A stretch of DNA of 61,903 bases, filler included. It is 22 parts of 22 records of this genome, joined end to end, with 100 filler letters (N's around TTAATTAATTAA, not from the genome) between each part and the next. Parts side by side here need not be neighbours in the genome. Positions count along the whole stretch, not along the records: positions 36,066 to 40,244 come from SRR16133337_88144; positions 40,345 to 43,179 come from SRR16133337_88163; positions 43,280 to 45,622 come from SRR16133337_88184; positions 45,723 to 48,155 come from SRR16133337_88414; 18 more parts are not named here. One strand, written 5' to 3'. The notes beneath the pieces were generated by a model. The model saw nothing but the letters and a program-made list of their open reading frames with translations, did not search any database and was not told the DNA's origin. A program made the position numbers and the translations under genes. This document shows, piece after piece, positions 36,602-45,748 of the stretch; positions within the stretch are counted from its first letter, which is position 1, and each line of letters begins with the position of its first letter.

Positions 36602-37752
36602 TTAGAATGTAGGTCTCCATTTAATTCAATAGACTTTTGAAATGATTTAGTTCTAAAGTCATGGTCGTAAATTAACCAAGGCATATCTGCCTTTGGCATT
36701 CTTGCACGACCAAATTCTACTGAGCAAGAAATTGGCATTACTGGAAATATATGCAAAGGTGTTTTATTTCCGTGTTTATGTTTTATTTCAGCCATCAAAA
36801 GACGAACCGCTTCTCTAAACATCGATAGTTGAGTTTTCGATTTCATAAAATCATTATTAGGTTTTGTAATTGTGATTTCCCAAATATTAACATCATCACC
36901 AAGAACACTAAATACTCTATCTTTCGAAACGTAGTCACTCAGAGAAATAACTAAAGCAGGGATATTACTAAAATCATTAGGACGATTTATTATGAGCTCA
37001 AAATTTTTGGAGAAATTTCTCCATTTCCAATTAGCTGGTTCTCTATGTAATTGAAATGTTTCTACTTTAATTTTATCTGTAAATAATGCTCCTAATTGTA
37101 TTAATAAAGGTTGTGGAGCGAGACAGAACAAAGAAAATGATTTGCACTCATCTTGTTCTATTATTGGAATTATTTTTTGGTTATAAGCTCTAAGTAAGTT
37201 TGATGATTCTGCAAGCCAATATTCATTGCTACTATCTTTTAAATTTGATGTCATTGAAAGAATTTGCGGTCTTTCAGTTGCGGGATAACTATCTGGAAAC
37301 ATAGCTTCAACACAACTTGTATTAGTAATTAAAGATTTTTCGGAACCAATATTAGCTCCATACATTATCACGTGAGATTTTTTTTCAGGTTGAATTCCAG
37401 TAACGATTTCAATTCTCTGTTCGTGCTCATTTTTCCAAGTAATTAATAATTCTGCAGAATATCTTACTCCTTTCTCATCTTGGTCAATTTTTTTATGACA
37501 TCCGTGACACATTAACATAAGGTTGCTTATGTCATTTAAACCTGTTGTATTTAATTTAAATGGTCCCCAACCTCTTGGTCCTTTTTCAGAAAATGAATAG
37601 ATATGTGCTTTTTGTGCTAGATTTACAGTTTCATTGGTTATTGCTGACTTATATAGTAAGTTGTTACAACCACTAAATTGACATCTTCCTCCTGCTCTTG
37701 CCCATAGTTCTCTTTCTGTTATATTTTTTATATGTCGTGTTACTTCTTTCAC
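36598..37752 (-). CDS. cap5: CBASS effector, HNH endonuclease plus SAVED domain (Cap5-type)
   Basis: LWARAGGRCQFSGC, AHIYSFSEKGPR and NLMLMCHGCHKKID (HNH); FCLAPQPLLIQLG, FQLHREP..W.W and LHIFPVMPISCSVEFGRARMPKAD (SAVED). Confidence 0.9.
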   Translation of the reverse strand: MKEVTRHIKNITERELWARAGGRCQFSGCNNLLYKSAITNETVNLAQKAHIYSFSEKGPRGWGPFKLNTTGLNDISNLMLMCHGCHKKIDQDEKGVRYSAELLITWKNEHEQRIEIVTGIQPEKKSHVIMYGANIGSEKSLITNTSCVEAMFPDSYPATERPQILSMTSNLKDSSNEYWLAESSNLLRAYNQKIIPIIEQDECKSFSLFCLAPQPLLIQLGALFTDKIKVETFQLHREPANWKWRNFSKNFELIINRPNDFSNIPALVISLSDYVSKDRVFSVLGDDVNIWEITITKPNNDFMKSKTQLSMFREAVRLLMAEIKHKHGNKTPLHIFPVMPISCSVEFGRARMPKADMPWLIYDHDFRTKSFQKSIELNGDLHSK

Positions 37753-37785
37753 AGTAATTAAGTATAATTATTTAATAACTTATAA

Positions 37786-38259
37786 TTAGTCATTTTGTTT
37801 CTTTTCTTCGAAATTACCGTATTCATCGTGACCTCCTCCTAACCATTTTCCTGATATTAGCCATAATTCATAAAACTCTAACCATTCACTTGCCCACGGA
37901 ATAATTGTAGAAGATATAAGTTTCTCTTTTGTCCATTGTCTTTTTTTCCAAGAGTATAAGCATAATTTTTGTTCTGTATGAGAATAAACGTGGGGTAATT
38001 TTTTTCTATTTTTTGCAACTTCAAGTTTTTCATTGACAACAAAAACAGATACTCCTGAAAATTTATCAAAACATATTTTTATATCGTAAGATTTGCTAAT
38101 TATTGTCGGTTGTAACTTGATTATAATTTCGAAATAGTTTCCTTTCTGTTTTATTATCTGTAAATCGGGGAACATTTCTTTAATTTTATCAAGCTGCTTA
38201 GAAACAGAAAACCCTTTCTTTTTGGCTTGTTTAGAACTTTTTATATAAGAACTCCCCAT
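37786..38259 (-). CDS. Stand-alone prokaryotic E2 (ubiquitin-conjugating-like) protein of type II (short) CBASS
   Basis: 157 aa; LPHVY....KLCLY (His plus catalytic Cys) and TIIPWASEWL.FYELWL..G.W.GGGH; lies between the CD-NTase and the effector. Confidence 0.78.
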   Translation of the reverse strand: MGSSYIKSSKQAKKKGFSVSKQLDKIKEMFPDLQIIKQKGNYFEIIIKLQPTIISKSYDIKICFDKFSGVSVFVVNEKLEVAKNRKKLPHVYSHTEQKLCLYSWKKRQWTKEKLISSTIIPWASEWLEFYELWLISGKWLGGGHDEYGNFEEKKQND

Positions 38260-38260
38260 T

Positions 38261-39505
38261 TTATATCAATCCTTCGAAATCGTGTTTTTTAATTTTTGAC
38301 CCAACAGATGTAGTCCCCAATAATCCACTTCCTAATTCCATATTACGTTTTCCCGTTTCAGTCAAGATTCGATTTCTTTCACCATAATTAACAAAGGCAT
38401 TTTCAGTTAAAGATTCACCAAATTGTGAGGACATTGATTTTTGAAGATTATTTAACCCAATACCTTCACTATTAATTATAGATGCTATATCTTCTTCTAG
38501 TTTATCTAACCATTGATAAAAGTATTTACGCTTTAAATCTTCTTCAATCCATTTATCAGCAAAATTTTCAACTTCATTAACAGGGTTTTCTACCCACTTC
38601 TCATATTTCATAGTTTGATTATTCCATTTTTCTTTAATTTCACTCCTCATTTGTCCTACTATATTAATTAAGCCATCCAAAATGTTATCTTCTCTATTAT
38701 AAGTTCTTGCGGCTAATGTTGTAATAATTATAGAAATCGGTTTATGATCCAAATTAAATTCACTTTCTTCTGAAAACAAAATATCTCTATGTCTCTTAAG
38801 AATTTGAACAATTCTTTGTAATGGCAATTTTTCTTTTTCAAAATCTCTAATTGGTTGAACTGCTTCATTTAAGGAGAACATTCGTTTAGAACTAACAATA
38901 GCTCTACTAAAAAACCATTTTGCATAACCAAAAGGATTACTTTTCAACCATAAAAGATGGTTAGTAACTGTAGTATACCCTAGTTCTTCCTTATCTGTAA
39001 TCCTAATTGCCAACTCATCTGTATTTTGCAACTCTGAATTTGAAAATGCTTTTTCAAAAAGAAGATTATAGTTTGAATCAACGACACAAGGCAAAATATC
39101 CATATGATAATTAGAATCTTCTGCATAGATAAGAGTCCAACACCTTCTACCTTCTGGCTTCTTAATCATTTTCTCATAGGTTTTATTATCTTTAATTTGA
39201 TCCCCTACTATTTGCTTTAAATCAAATTGAGTCCAATCGACATTTTTGTTAGTTAGTTGACAAACCAAATCTACATCCAATTTACTTCCTTCAATTACTG
39301 GTTTTACCATCGTACCAAGCATAAAAGAACCTTGTGGTATGATTTCCAGTTTATATGGAATCAATTGAGAGTTTTCCTTAGTTAATTGCTCAGCAACAGC
39401 TCGGTAACTTTTTACGGCAGATTCATACTGAGTTTTGGTAATATCTAATTCACCTCCTAATAATTCTAATATATTGTTTAAAGTTTCTTTATGTCTTGTA
39501 TTCAT
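38261..39505 (-). CDS. cGAS/DncV-like nucleotidyltransferase (CD-NTase, CdnG-like)
   Basis: LDIT..QY..A..SY, PQGSFMLGT..KP....LDVDLVC, RRCWTL.Y...YHMDILP, SNP.GYA.WF, LQR.VQILKRHRD, KPISIIITTLAA, NPVN..ENFADKW; C-terminus HDFEGLI. Confidence 0.93.
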   Translation of the reverse strand: MNTRHKETLNNILELLGGELDITKTQYESAVKSYRAVAEQLTKENSQLIPYKLEIIPQGSFMLGTMVKPVIEGSKLDVDLVCQLTNKNVDWTQFDLKQIVGDQIKDNKTYEKMIKKPEGRRCWTLIYAEDSNYHMDILPCVVDSNYNLLFEKAFSNSELQNTDELAIRITDKEELGYTTVTNHLLWLKSNPFGYAKWFFSRAIVSSKRMFSLNEAVQPIRDFEKEKLPLQRIVQILKRHRDILFSEESEFNLDHKPISIIITTLAARTYNREDNILDGLINIVGQMRSEIKEKWNNQTMKYEKWVENPVNEVENFADKWIEEDLKRKYFYQWLDKLEEDIASIINSEGIGLNNLQKSMSSQFGESLTENAFVNYGERNRILTETGKRNMELGSGLLGTTSVGSKIKKHDFEGLI

Positions 39506-39515
39506 ATCATATATT

Positions 39516-40115
39516 TTATAATGAAATTATATTTTCAACAACTCCTTGAATTCTAAAATCATTAGTCAGAATTATTGGTTGATGTTTTGGGTTAGAGGAA
39601 TGAGGCTTTAAAACAATAGTATCTCCATTATTTATAAATTCTTTCACAGTAGCATCATCATCTACTAATGCCAATACTAAATCTCCACTTTCAGCAACTT
39701 GTTGTTGTTTAATTAACAGTAAATCTCCACTATTAATTCCCTTTTTGTTCATTGAATCACCAAAAACCCTTAAAAGAAAATAATTAACAGATTTTCGAAT
39801 TAACTTGGTAGATACAGGTATTTGAGCTTCAATATTTTCTTCCGCAAAAATCGGGAGCCCACAAGAAACAGAACCAACTAATGGAATTTCTACAGTATCA
39901 CTAATGTTCGATTCCTTAGCGACAAATTGATTAGAATCTAATAATTCTCTTGCTTCAACTTGCAATAGATTTGCTATTTCATAAAGAATTTCAAGACTAG
40001 GTTGCCTTCGATTTTGCACATAAGAATTTACCATATTATAACTCTTGTTGAGCTTTTCAGCTAACCAAGTCTGCTTTACGCCTTTTAGTTCCAATATTTC
40101 TTTAATACGATTCAT
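39516..40115 (-). CDS. XRE-family HTH fused to an S24 (LexA/UmuD/CI-like) autopeptidase
   Basis: MNRIKE.LE.KG.KQTWLAEKL.KSYNMVNSYVQNRRQPSLE HTH; IPLVGSVSCG.P cleavage loop; LRVFGDSM (Ser) and ATVK (Lys) dyad; ends 10 nt before the CD-NTase start. Confidence 0.9.
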   Translation of the reverse strand: MNRIKEILELKGVKQTWLAEKLNKSYNMVNSYVQNRRQPSLEILYEIANLLQVEARELLDSNQFVAKESNISDTVEIPLVGSVSCGLPIFAEENIEAQIPVSTKLIRKSVNYFLLRVFGDSMNKKGINSGDLLLIKQQQVAESGDLVLALVDDDATVKEFINNGDTIVLKPHSSNPKHQPIILTNDFRIQGVVENIISL

Positions 40116-40139
40116 AAACAAACAATTGATTTTCAGTTA

Positions 40140-40198
40140 CAAATATAAATTTAACATTTTAATTATCTCATAATATGATATAATTATTGTTAACAATA
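40140..40198 (-). promoter_or_regulatory. Promoter and candidate operator of the CBASS operon
   Basis: TATATTTG -7 element (40140-40147, minus). 25-bp near-perfect palindrome AATTATCTCATAATATGATATAATT (40161-40185). Perfect 14-bp palindrome TATTGTTAACAATA (40185-40198). Confidence 0.6.
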
Positions 40199-40355
40199 TA
40201 AACTACTTATAAACAAAAATTAATTTAGAAATTGAATTTCGTATNNNNNNNNNNNNNNNNNNNNNNNNNNNNNNNNNNNNNNNNNNNNTTAATTAATTAA
40301 NNNNNNNNNNNNNNNNNNNNNNNNNNNNNNNNNNNNNNNNNNNNAAGAGGGGCAT

Positions 40356-40386
40356 AAAAATTCGGGGTTCTAACCAGGTGGAGTAT
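40356..40386 (+). repeat. Bacterial dispersed repeat family B (AAATTCGGGTTTCTAACCAGGCGGAGTATA)
   Basis: Variant copies at 41849, 43154 (rc), 45723, 57889 and 61034 (rc); partial copies near 46797 and 59390. Confidence 0.8.
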
Positions 40387-40408
40387 CGTTGTAGAAAACT
40401 TGAACTTT

Positions 40409-41740
40409 ATGAAAAAAACAAATGCTCCAAAAATATTTGTACTTGACACTTCAGTCCTTTTATTTGACCATAACGCCATAAATTGTTTTGAAGACAATGA
40501 TGTCGTAATTCCAATTACTGTTTTGGAAGAACTAGACAATTTTAAAATTGGAAATGAAACTAAAAACTTTGAAGCTAGGGCTGTTATTCGTTTTTTAGAT
40601 AAAATGTCAGACAATGGAGGGCTTAATGAATGGATTTCACTAGGAAAAAACAGAGGGCGATTAAAAATTGTAATGGTTACGGAAACCTTGAAGACAGATG
40701 CTGAAACCATTTATGGAAAAGATAAAAATGATCATAAAATTATCAATGTTTCCTTGTGGATGCAACAAGTCCAAAAAGATACTAAAGTTACGCTTGTTAC
40801 AAAAGATATCAATCTAAGAATAAAATCCAAAGCTATAGGATTGTTGGCAGAAGATTATCTAACGGGTAAGGTTCAAAACATCCAAAATATCTCGAAAGGA
40901 ATTGTCGACTTAGATGATTTGGACCCTACCCTTATTAAAAATTTATACAATCATGGAAAAATTGATGAAAAAGGACTTTTAAAAGAAGCCAAAATGGCTA
41001 ATGGCTATTACATTTTTAACAAATCTACAAATTCTATATTAGCACGTTATAACAGCAATACAGATCAGATTGAGCGTGTTGAGAAGAGTTATGCCTATGG
41101 GATCAAACCTAAAAATGCAGAACAAACTTTTGCGTTAGATGCTTTGTTAAATCCTGATATCAGACTAATTGCTTTACAGGGAGTTGCAGGTACTGGAAAA
41201 ACATTACTTGCACTGGCCGCTGCTTTAGAACAAAAAAATTTATATGATCAAATTATATTGGCGCGTCCAATTATACCTTTAAGCAACAGAGATATCGGTT
41301 TTTTACCAGGAGGGGCAAATGAAAAAATTTCTCCTTATATGCAACCTCTCTGGGACAATCTTAAATTTATCAAATCACAATTCCGTGAAAATGAGCGGAA
41401 GAGAAAAGCATTAGAAGAAATGGAAAATAGGGGCTATCTGTCTTTAACTGCTTTGGCTTTTATTAGAGGTAGAAGTTTAAGTAATATTATTTTTATCATT
41501 GATGAAGCCCAAAATCTAACCCCCCATGAAATAAAAACCATTATTACAAGAGCTGGAGAGGGAACAAAAATCATTTTTACTGGAGATATTCATCAGATTG
41601 ATACTCCGTATATGGATGAACAAAGCAATGGACTCTCCTACTTAATTGACAAATTAAAAGGCCAACCTTTATTTGCACATATAAAATTAGCAAAAGGAGA
41701 ACGTTCAGAATTGGCAAATTTAGCCAACAGTCTTTTGTGA
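40409..41740 (+). CDS. PIN domain plus PhoH-family ATPase (PhoH2/YlaK-like)
   Basis: FVLDTSVLL, VLEELD and ND..I..LVTKDINLRIK (PIN); GVAGTGKT, DIGFLPG, FIRGRSL, IIDEAQN, TRAG and GDIHQID (PhoH). Confidence 0.93.
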   Translation: MKKTNAPKIFVLDTSVLLFDHNAINCFEDNDVVIPITVLEELDNFKIGNETKNFEARAVIRFLDKMSDNGGLNEWISLGKNRGRLKIVMVTETLKTDAETIYGKDKNDHKIINVSLWMQQVQKDTKVTLVTKDINLRIKSKAIGLLAEDYLTGKVQNIQNISKGIVDLDDLDPTLIKNLYNHGKIDEKGLLKEAKMANGYYIFNKSTNSILARYNSNTDQIERVEKSYAYGIKPKNAEQTFALDALLNPDIRLIALQGVAGTGKTLLALAAALEQKNLYDQIILARPIIPLSNRDIGFLPGGANEKISPYMQPLWDNLKFIKSQFRENERKRKALEEMENRGYLSLTALAFIRGRSLSNIIFIIDEAQNLTPHEIKTIITRAGEGTKIIFTGDIHQIDTPYMDEQSNGLSYLIDKLKGQPLFAHIKLAKGERSELANLANSLL

Positions 41741-41848
41741 AAATCTAACACAAGCTCCTTTAGAATTGTTTTTATTTACCTGATTGTTAAGTTATTATTT
41801 CTTAAATTAATGACATTGCTCTAAAGCTAGAAGCAAAAAAAGGACTCT

Positions 41849-41880
41849 AAAAATTCGGGTTTCTAAGGAGGCGGAGTATA
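41849..41880 (+). repeat. Repeat family B copy
   Basis: AAAAATTCGGGTTTCTAAGGAGGCGGAGTATA. Confidence 0.8.
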
Positions 41881-41906
41881 TCTATTATTTTTGTTTAAAA
41901 CATTTC

Positions 41907-41937
41907 TTTGTAAGCAAGTGTAATTATAATATCTTTG
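41907..41937 (+). promoter_or_regulatory. Bacteroidota primary-sigma promoter of dnaN
   Basis: TTTG (-33) at 41907, 19-nt spacer, TATCTTTG (-7) at 41930. Confidence 0.7.
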
Positions 41938-42027
41938 CCTGTTGTCTTTTTATTTTTATAAAAACAATTAGAAAGGGGATTTAGGAACAACGTAACGGAC
42001 ATAATCTTTGGAATAAAAAAATATACC

Positions 42028-43146
42028 ATGAAATTTATCACATCAAGTTCTCAATTATTAAAACAACTTCAAATTTTAGGAGGGGTTATCAGCAACAACA
42101 ATACCTTGCCTATTTTGGATAATTTTTTATTTGAATTAAACCAGAACGAACTTAGAATTTCTGCTTCTGATTTAGAGACTACAATTACAAGTACTATTGA
42201 TGTTGAATCTGACTCTAATGGGACTGTAGCAATTTCTGCAAGGTTGTTATTAGATACTTTAAAAACGTTTCCGAATCAACCTTTGACGTTTAAAATAGAA
42301 GAGAATAATACGGTTGAAATAAGTTCTGACCAAGGAAAATACAACATGGCTTATTTTAATGGTGATGAGTTTCCTAAAACCGTTTCTTTAGAAGCACCAA
42401 ATTCTACTGTAATCCCAGCAAGTATTTTAGAAACGGCTATTTCAAAAACTATTTTTGCTACAGGAAATGATGATTTAAGACCTGTAATGAATGGCGTTTT
42501 TTTTCAATTTAGCTCTGAAAGTCTAACTTTTGTAGCAACGGATGCTCATAAATTAGTAAAATACACAAGAACAGATATCACTGCAAACGAATTAGCCGAA
42601 TTCATCATGCCTAAAAAACCCTTAAACCTTTTAAAAGGAATTTTAGGGTTTCATGACACTGATGTCACTCTTGAATATAACAATACAAATGCAAAATTTG
42701 TATTTGACAACTTCCTCTTAATTTGCCGTTTGATTGACGGTAAATATCCAAATTATGAGGCGGTAATTCCAAAAGAAAACCCTAATAAATTAACTGTAGA
42801 TAGAGCTTCTTTTTTAAATTCTACAAAACGGGTTTCTATCTTCTCCAACAAAACAACTCATCAAATTCGTTTGAAAATGGCTGGAACAGAATTGAATATT
42901 TCTGCAGAAGATATTGATTATGCGAATAAAGCAGATGAACGTTTGAATTGTGATTATCAAGGAGACGATATGGAAATTGGTTTTAATTCACGTTTCTTAA
43001 CGGAAATGTTGAGTAACTTAACTTCTGAAGAAGTATTGATTGAAATGTCTTTACCTAACAGAGCTGGAATTCTTACTCCTATTGATGGAAATGAGTCTGG
43101 AGAGCAAATTATAATGTTAGTAATGCCTGTGATGTTGAACGGCTAA
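42028..43146 (+). CDS. dnaN: DNA polymerase III beta subunit
   Basis: TLPILDN, ASDLE, RPVMNGV, VATDAHKL, RLIDGKYPNY, IGFN, LVMPV; 372 aa. Confidence 0.98.
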   Translation: MKFITSSSQLLKQLQILGGVISNNNTLPILDNFLFELNQNELRISASDLETTITSTIDVESDSNGTVAISARLLLDTLKTFPNQPLTFKIEENNTVEISSDQGKYNMAYFNGDEFPKTVSLEAPNSTVIPASILETAISKTIFATGNDDLRPVMNGVFFQFSSESLTFVATDAHKLVKYTRTDITANELAEFIMPKKPLNLLKGILGFHDTDVTLEYNNTNAKFVFDNFLLICRLIDGKYPNYEAVIPKENPNKLTVDRASFLNSTKRVSIFSNKTTHQIRLKMAGTELNISAEDIDYANKADERLNCDYQGDDMEIGFNSRFLTEMLSNLTSEEVLIEMSLPNRAGILTPIDGNESGEQIIMLVMPVMLNG

Positions 43147-43153
43147 ACTAATA

Positions 43154-43179
43154 TATACTCCGCCCAGTTAGAAACCCGA
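43154..43179 (-). repeat. Repeat family B copy at contig end
   Basis: TATACTCCGCCCAGTTAGAAACCCGA. Confidence 0.8.
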
Positions 43180-43279
43180 NNNNNNNNNNNNNNNNNNNNN
43201 NNNNNNNNNNNNNNNNNNNNNNNTTAATTAATTAANNNNNNNNNNNNNNNNNNNNNNNNNNNNNNNNNNNNNNNNNNNN

Positions 43280-43777
43280 TCGGATATCCGTTTAGTTATC
43301 GGATATCCGGATTTATTTTCGAAATAGATTAATATCTACTGTACTCTGTAGAGTGTAGGTGCACTGCGACTCTGAGCCGTTGATGCGAACGAAATGTTCC
43401 CAGACAGGACTTCTTCTTTTTCGTTTTCCTGCATCAAGAACTGCTTCATTTTTCCCGCTCCCAGGTTTTTTGTCATCACTTTTTTCCGACATTTTACAAT
43501 ATTGTGGTTGAATGACTGTTTGGGATTTTTTTAGGTTGTGTGATACACTTTAAAGTGACTGCAGTCAAACTGCAAAAGGCTGCGGTCATATTTTACAGCT
43601 CTTAAAATCGGAGTTTATAAAGTACAATTTTATGCCTGGAAATCGAGATATTGGTTCGGATATCCGGATAATTATCCGGATATTAGCAACCCCTTATTAT
43701 CCGGATACCTTATCGGATATCCGGATAATTATCCGGATAGCAAAAACGGTCTTATCGGATATCCGTTAACATCCCTA
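43280..43777 (-). mobile_element. Internally deleted, non-autonomous hAT (Ac-like) DNA transposon
   Basis: Terminus TAGGGATGTTAAC on the minus strand at 43777. CGGATATCCG/ATCCGGAT subterminal repeats at 43280-43311 and 43657-43765. Frameshifted transposase start (ATG 43492) with a BED-finger remnant RRSPVWEHF...SQC. Confidence 0.7.
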
Positions 43778-43782
43778 CTAAC

Positions 43783-44595
43783 AGGCACTGACTGCGCACA
43801 ATATCCACCATGTGCTTATAAACACGAATCCAAAAATCCTTTTCAATTATGGGAAATGAAAAAAATTTTAAGTCAATGGCAGTACAATCAGAATACACAA
43901 CAAAAGTTCGGAGATTTTATAATGAAATCACACTTTTTTCTATGTATTTTGCGATTTTGCGATATTACGTCATAGCAACATTTTCTGCGTCATTGCGAAA
44001 AATGAAGTATTTTGGACACTCTTGGCTGATAAAACACGCGTAAATGTGATATAATTTGTAAAAGTAACCAAGACAATTTGGGTGAGGCATTATGATGTGT
44101 TTTTTTTTCTCGAGGAAGCAATATTACGTCATAGTCGCAGTTTATGCATCATAATTACGAAATATCGCACGTTTGAGCATTTGTTTTGCAGTTACAACAC
44201 TAAATTTGATAAAATTTTGTGAAAAAGCAACCAAACATATTTCAAATGAGGCCTTAAAACACACCGAAAACTTTCAGATAACCAGTGAAAATTGATAAAA
44301 TACTTAGTTCCAAGGAAACAAAGTTTTCCAGTTTTCTTTTCAATTCACGGACATCTTAAGTTTTAGAAAATATATGTGGTTTACAGTAGATAAAAAGTTA
44401 TAGCCTCGTTACAAACGGCATTGCAGTGTTTTTCATAGACTTAAACTCTAAAAGGCACCGATTGCGCATAATATCCACCATGTGCTTATGTGCATGATTT
44501 CGAAAACAGCTTTCAATTATGGGAAATGATAAAAATTTCGGAGTCAATTTAGACGGCAGTATGATCTGAATACATAAATAAGTCCGGAGATTTTA
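43783..44595 (+). repeat. Diverged direct repeat of about 140 bp (43783-43919 and 44452-44595)
   Basis: Shared blocks AATATCCACCATGTGCTTAT, TTTCAATTATGGGAAATGA and CGGAGATTTTA. Confidence 0.75.
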
Positions 44596-44699
44596 AAGGT
44601 GTCACATAACATGCCTAGCGTGACAATACGCATTTTTCTCATTTTGTTTGAAATTTTTTGAGTTTTGTATCGAAATCATATTCTTTTTGCGATTTGCAG

Positions 44700-45166
44700 A
44701 CGAATTTTTCTTGAAAATTCTTTCAGCGAAGGCCTTCCCTGGAAAAGCCAGAAAGTATTTTCATTGTGAATTGTTTCAGGGAAGGCCTTCCCTGGAGAAT
44801 CCTTAACGAATTTTCCTTGAACATTCTTTCAGGGAAGGCCTTCCCTGGAAAATCCTTAAGGAATTTTCAATAAAAATGCTTTGAGGGATGGCCTTCCCTG
44901 TAAAATCCATAACGAATTTTCATTGTAAATTCTTTCAGAGAAAGTCATCCCTGGAAAATCCATAACGAATTTTCCTTGCAAATTCTTGCAGGTAAGGCCT
45001 TCCATGGAAGATCCATAACGAATTTTCCTTGAAAATTCTTTCAGGGAAGGCCTCCCCTCGAAAATTCGGCCAAAATCCTTCACGAATTTTCCTAGAAAAT
45101 TCTTTCAGAAAATGCCTTCCCTGGAAAACCCTTAACGAATTTTAATTGAAAATTCTTTCAGGGAAG
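44700..45166. repeat. Minisatellite, about 9 tandem copies of a ~53-bp unit with a palindromic core
   Basis: Unit ACGAATTTTCCTTGAAAATTCTTTCAGGGAAGGCCTTCCCTGGAAAATCCTTA; the core CAGGGAAGGCCTTCCCTG is a perfect 18-bp palindrome. Confidence 0.9.
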
Positions 45167-45722
45167 AATACAGGGCATCTTGCGTGTATAACTAAGTTTT
45201 TGATTGTAAACAAGTTATAATATTCATAATTTTTACAAGTCTTTCCAAAAAAGGGCGATTTTTTTTAAGTGCCATGATGTTTTTGCGCATCACTATGTAT
45301 CATTCACAATCACGAAAACACGTGTACAGTGTTCTGACTTGTATAGCTTTGCATTGTGTCAAAAGTGTTTCAAAAAAATTAGTCCAAAATTCACTACAGT
45401 TTTTTAAAGGTGTTGTGGCGTGTTGCGGTTTGCATTTTAGATTCTGCAGGTCGTTCGAGTTAGTTGAGAGTTTTGAAAAAATTTCAAAATTTTTTCAAAA
45501 ACGTTTTTGACTCTACAAGGGGCAAGACTAAAAACAGTCAAAAATGAAAAATCAAAAACGTTTTTTTAAATTTTTTTTGAAAAATATCTTTTTTTCTTCT
45601 CGTTTCATTTTTGAATTTTTTTNNNNNNNNNNNNNNNNNNNNNNNNNNNNNNNNNNNNNNNNNNNNTTAATTAATTAANNNNNNNNNNNNNNNNNNNNNN
45701 NNNNNNNNNNNNNNNNNNNNNN

Positions 45723-45748
45723 TCGGGTTTCTAACCAGGCGGAGTATA
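45723..45748 (+). repeat. Repeat family B copy supplying the last codons and stop of the adjacent gene
   Basis: TCGGGTTTCTAACCAGGCGGAGTATA; the reverse strand reads Y-T-P-P-G-stop. Confidence 0.8.

Noticed and set aside
39516-40115. Calling the HTH-S24 gene the chromosomal lexA
   Set aside because: The N-terminal domain is XRE-type rather than the LexA winged helix, and the context is an accessory operon.
44700-45166. Palindromic repeats resembling a CRISPR array
   Set aside because: The sequence between palindromes is itself repeated, so there are no unique spacers; no cas genes; eukaryote-like contig.
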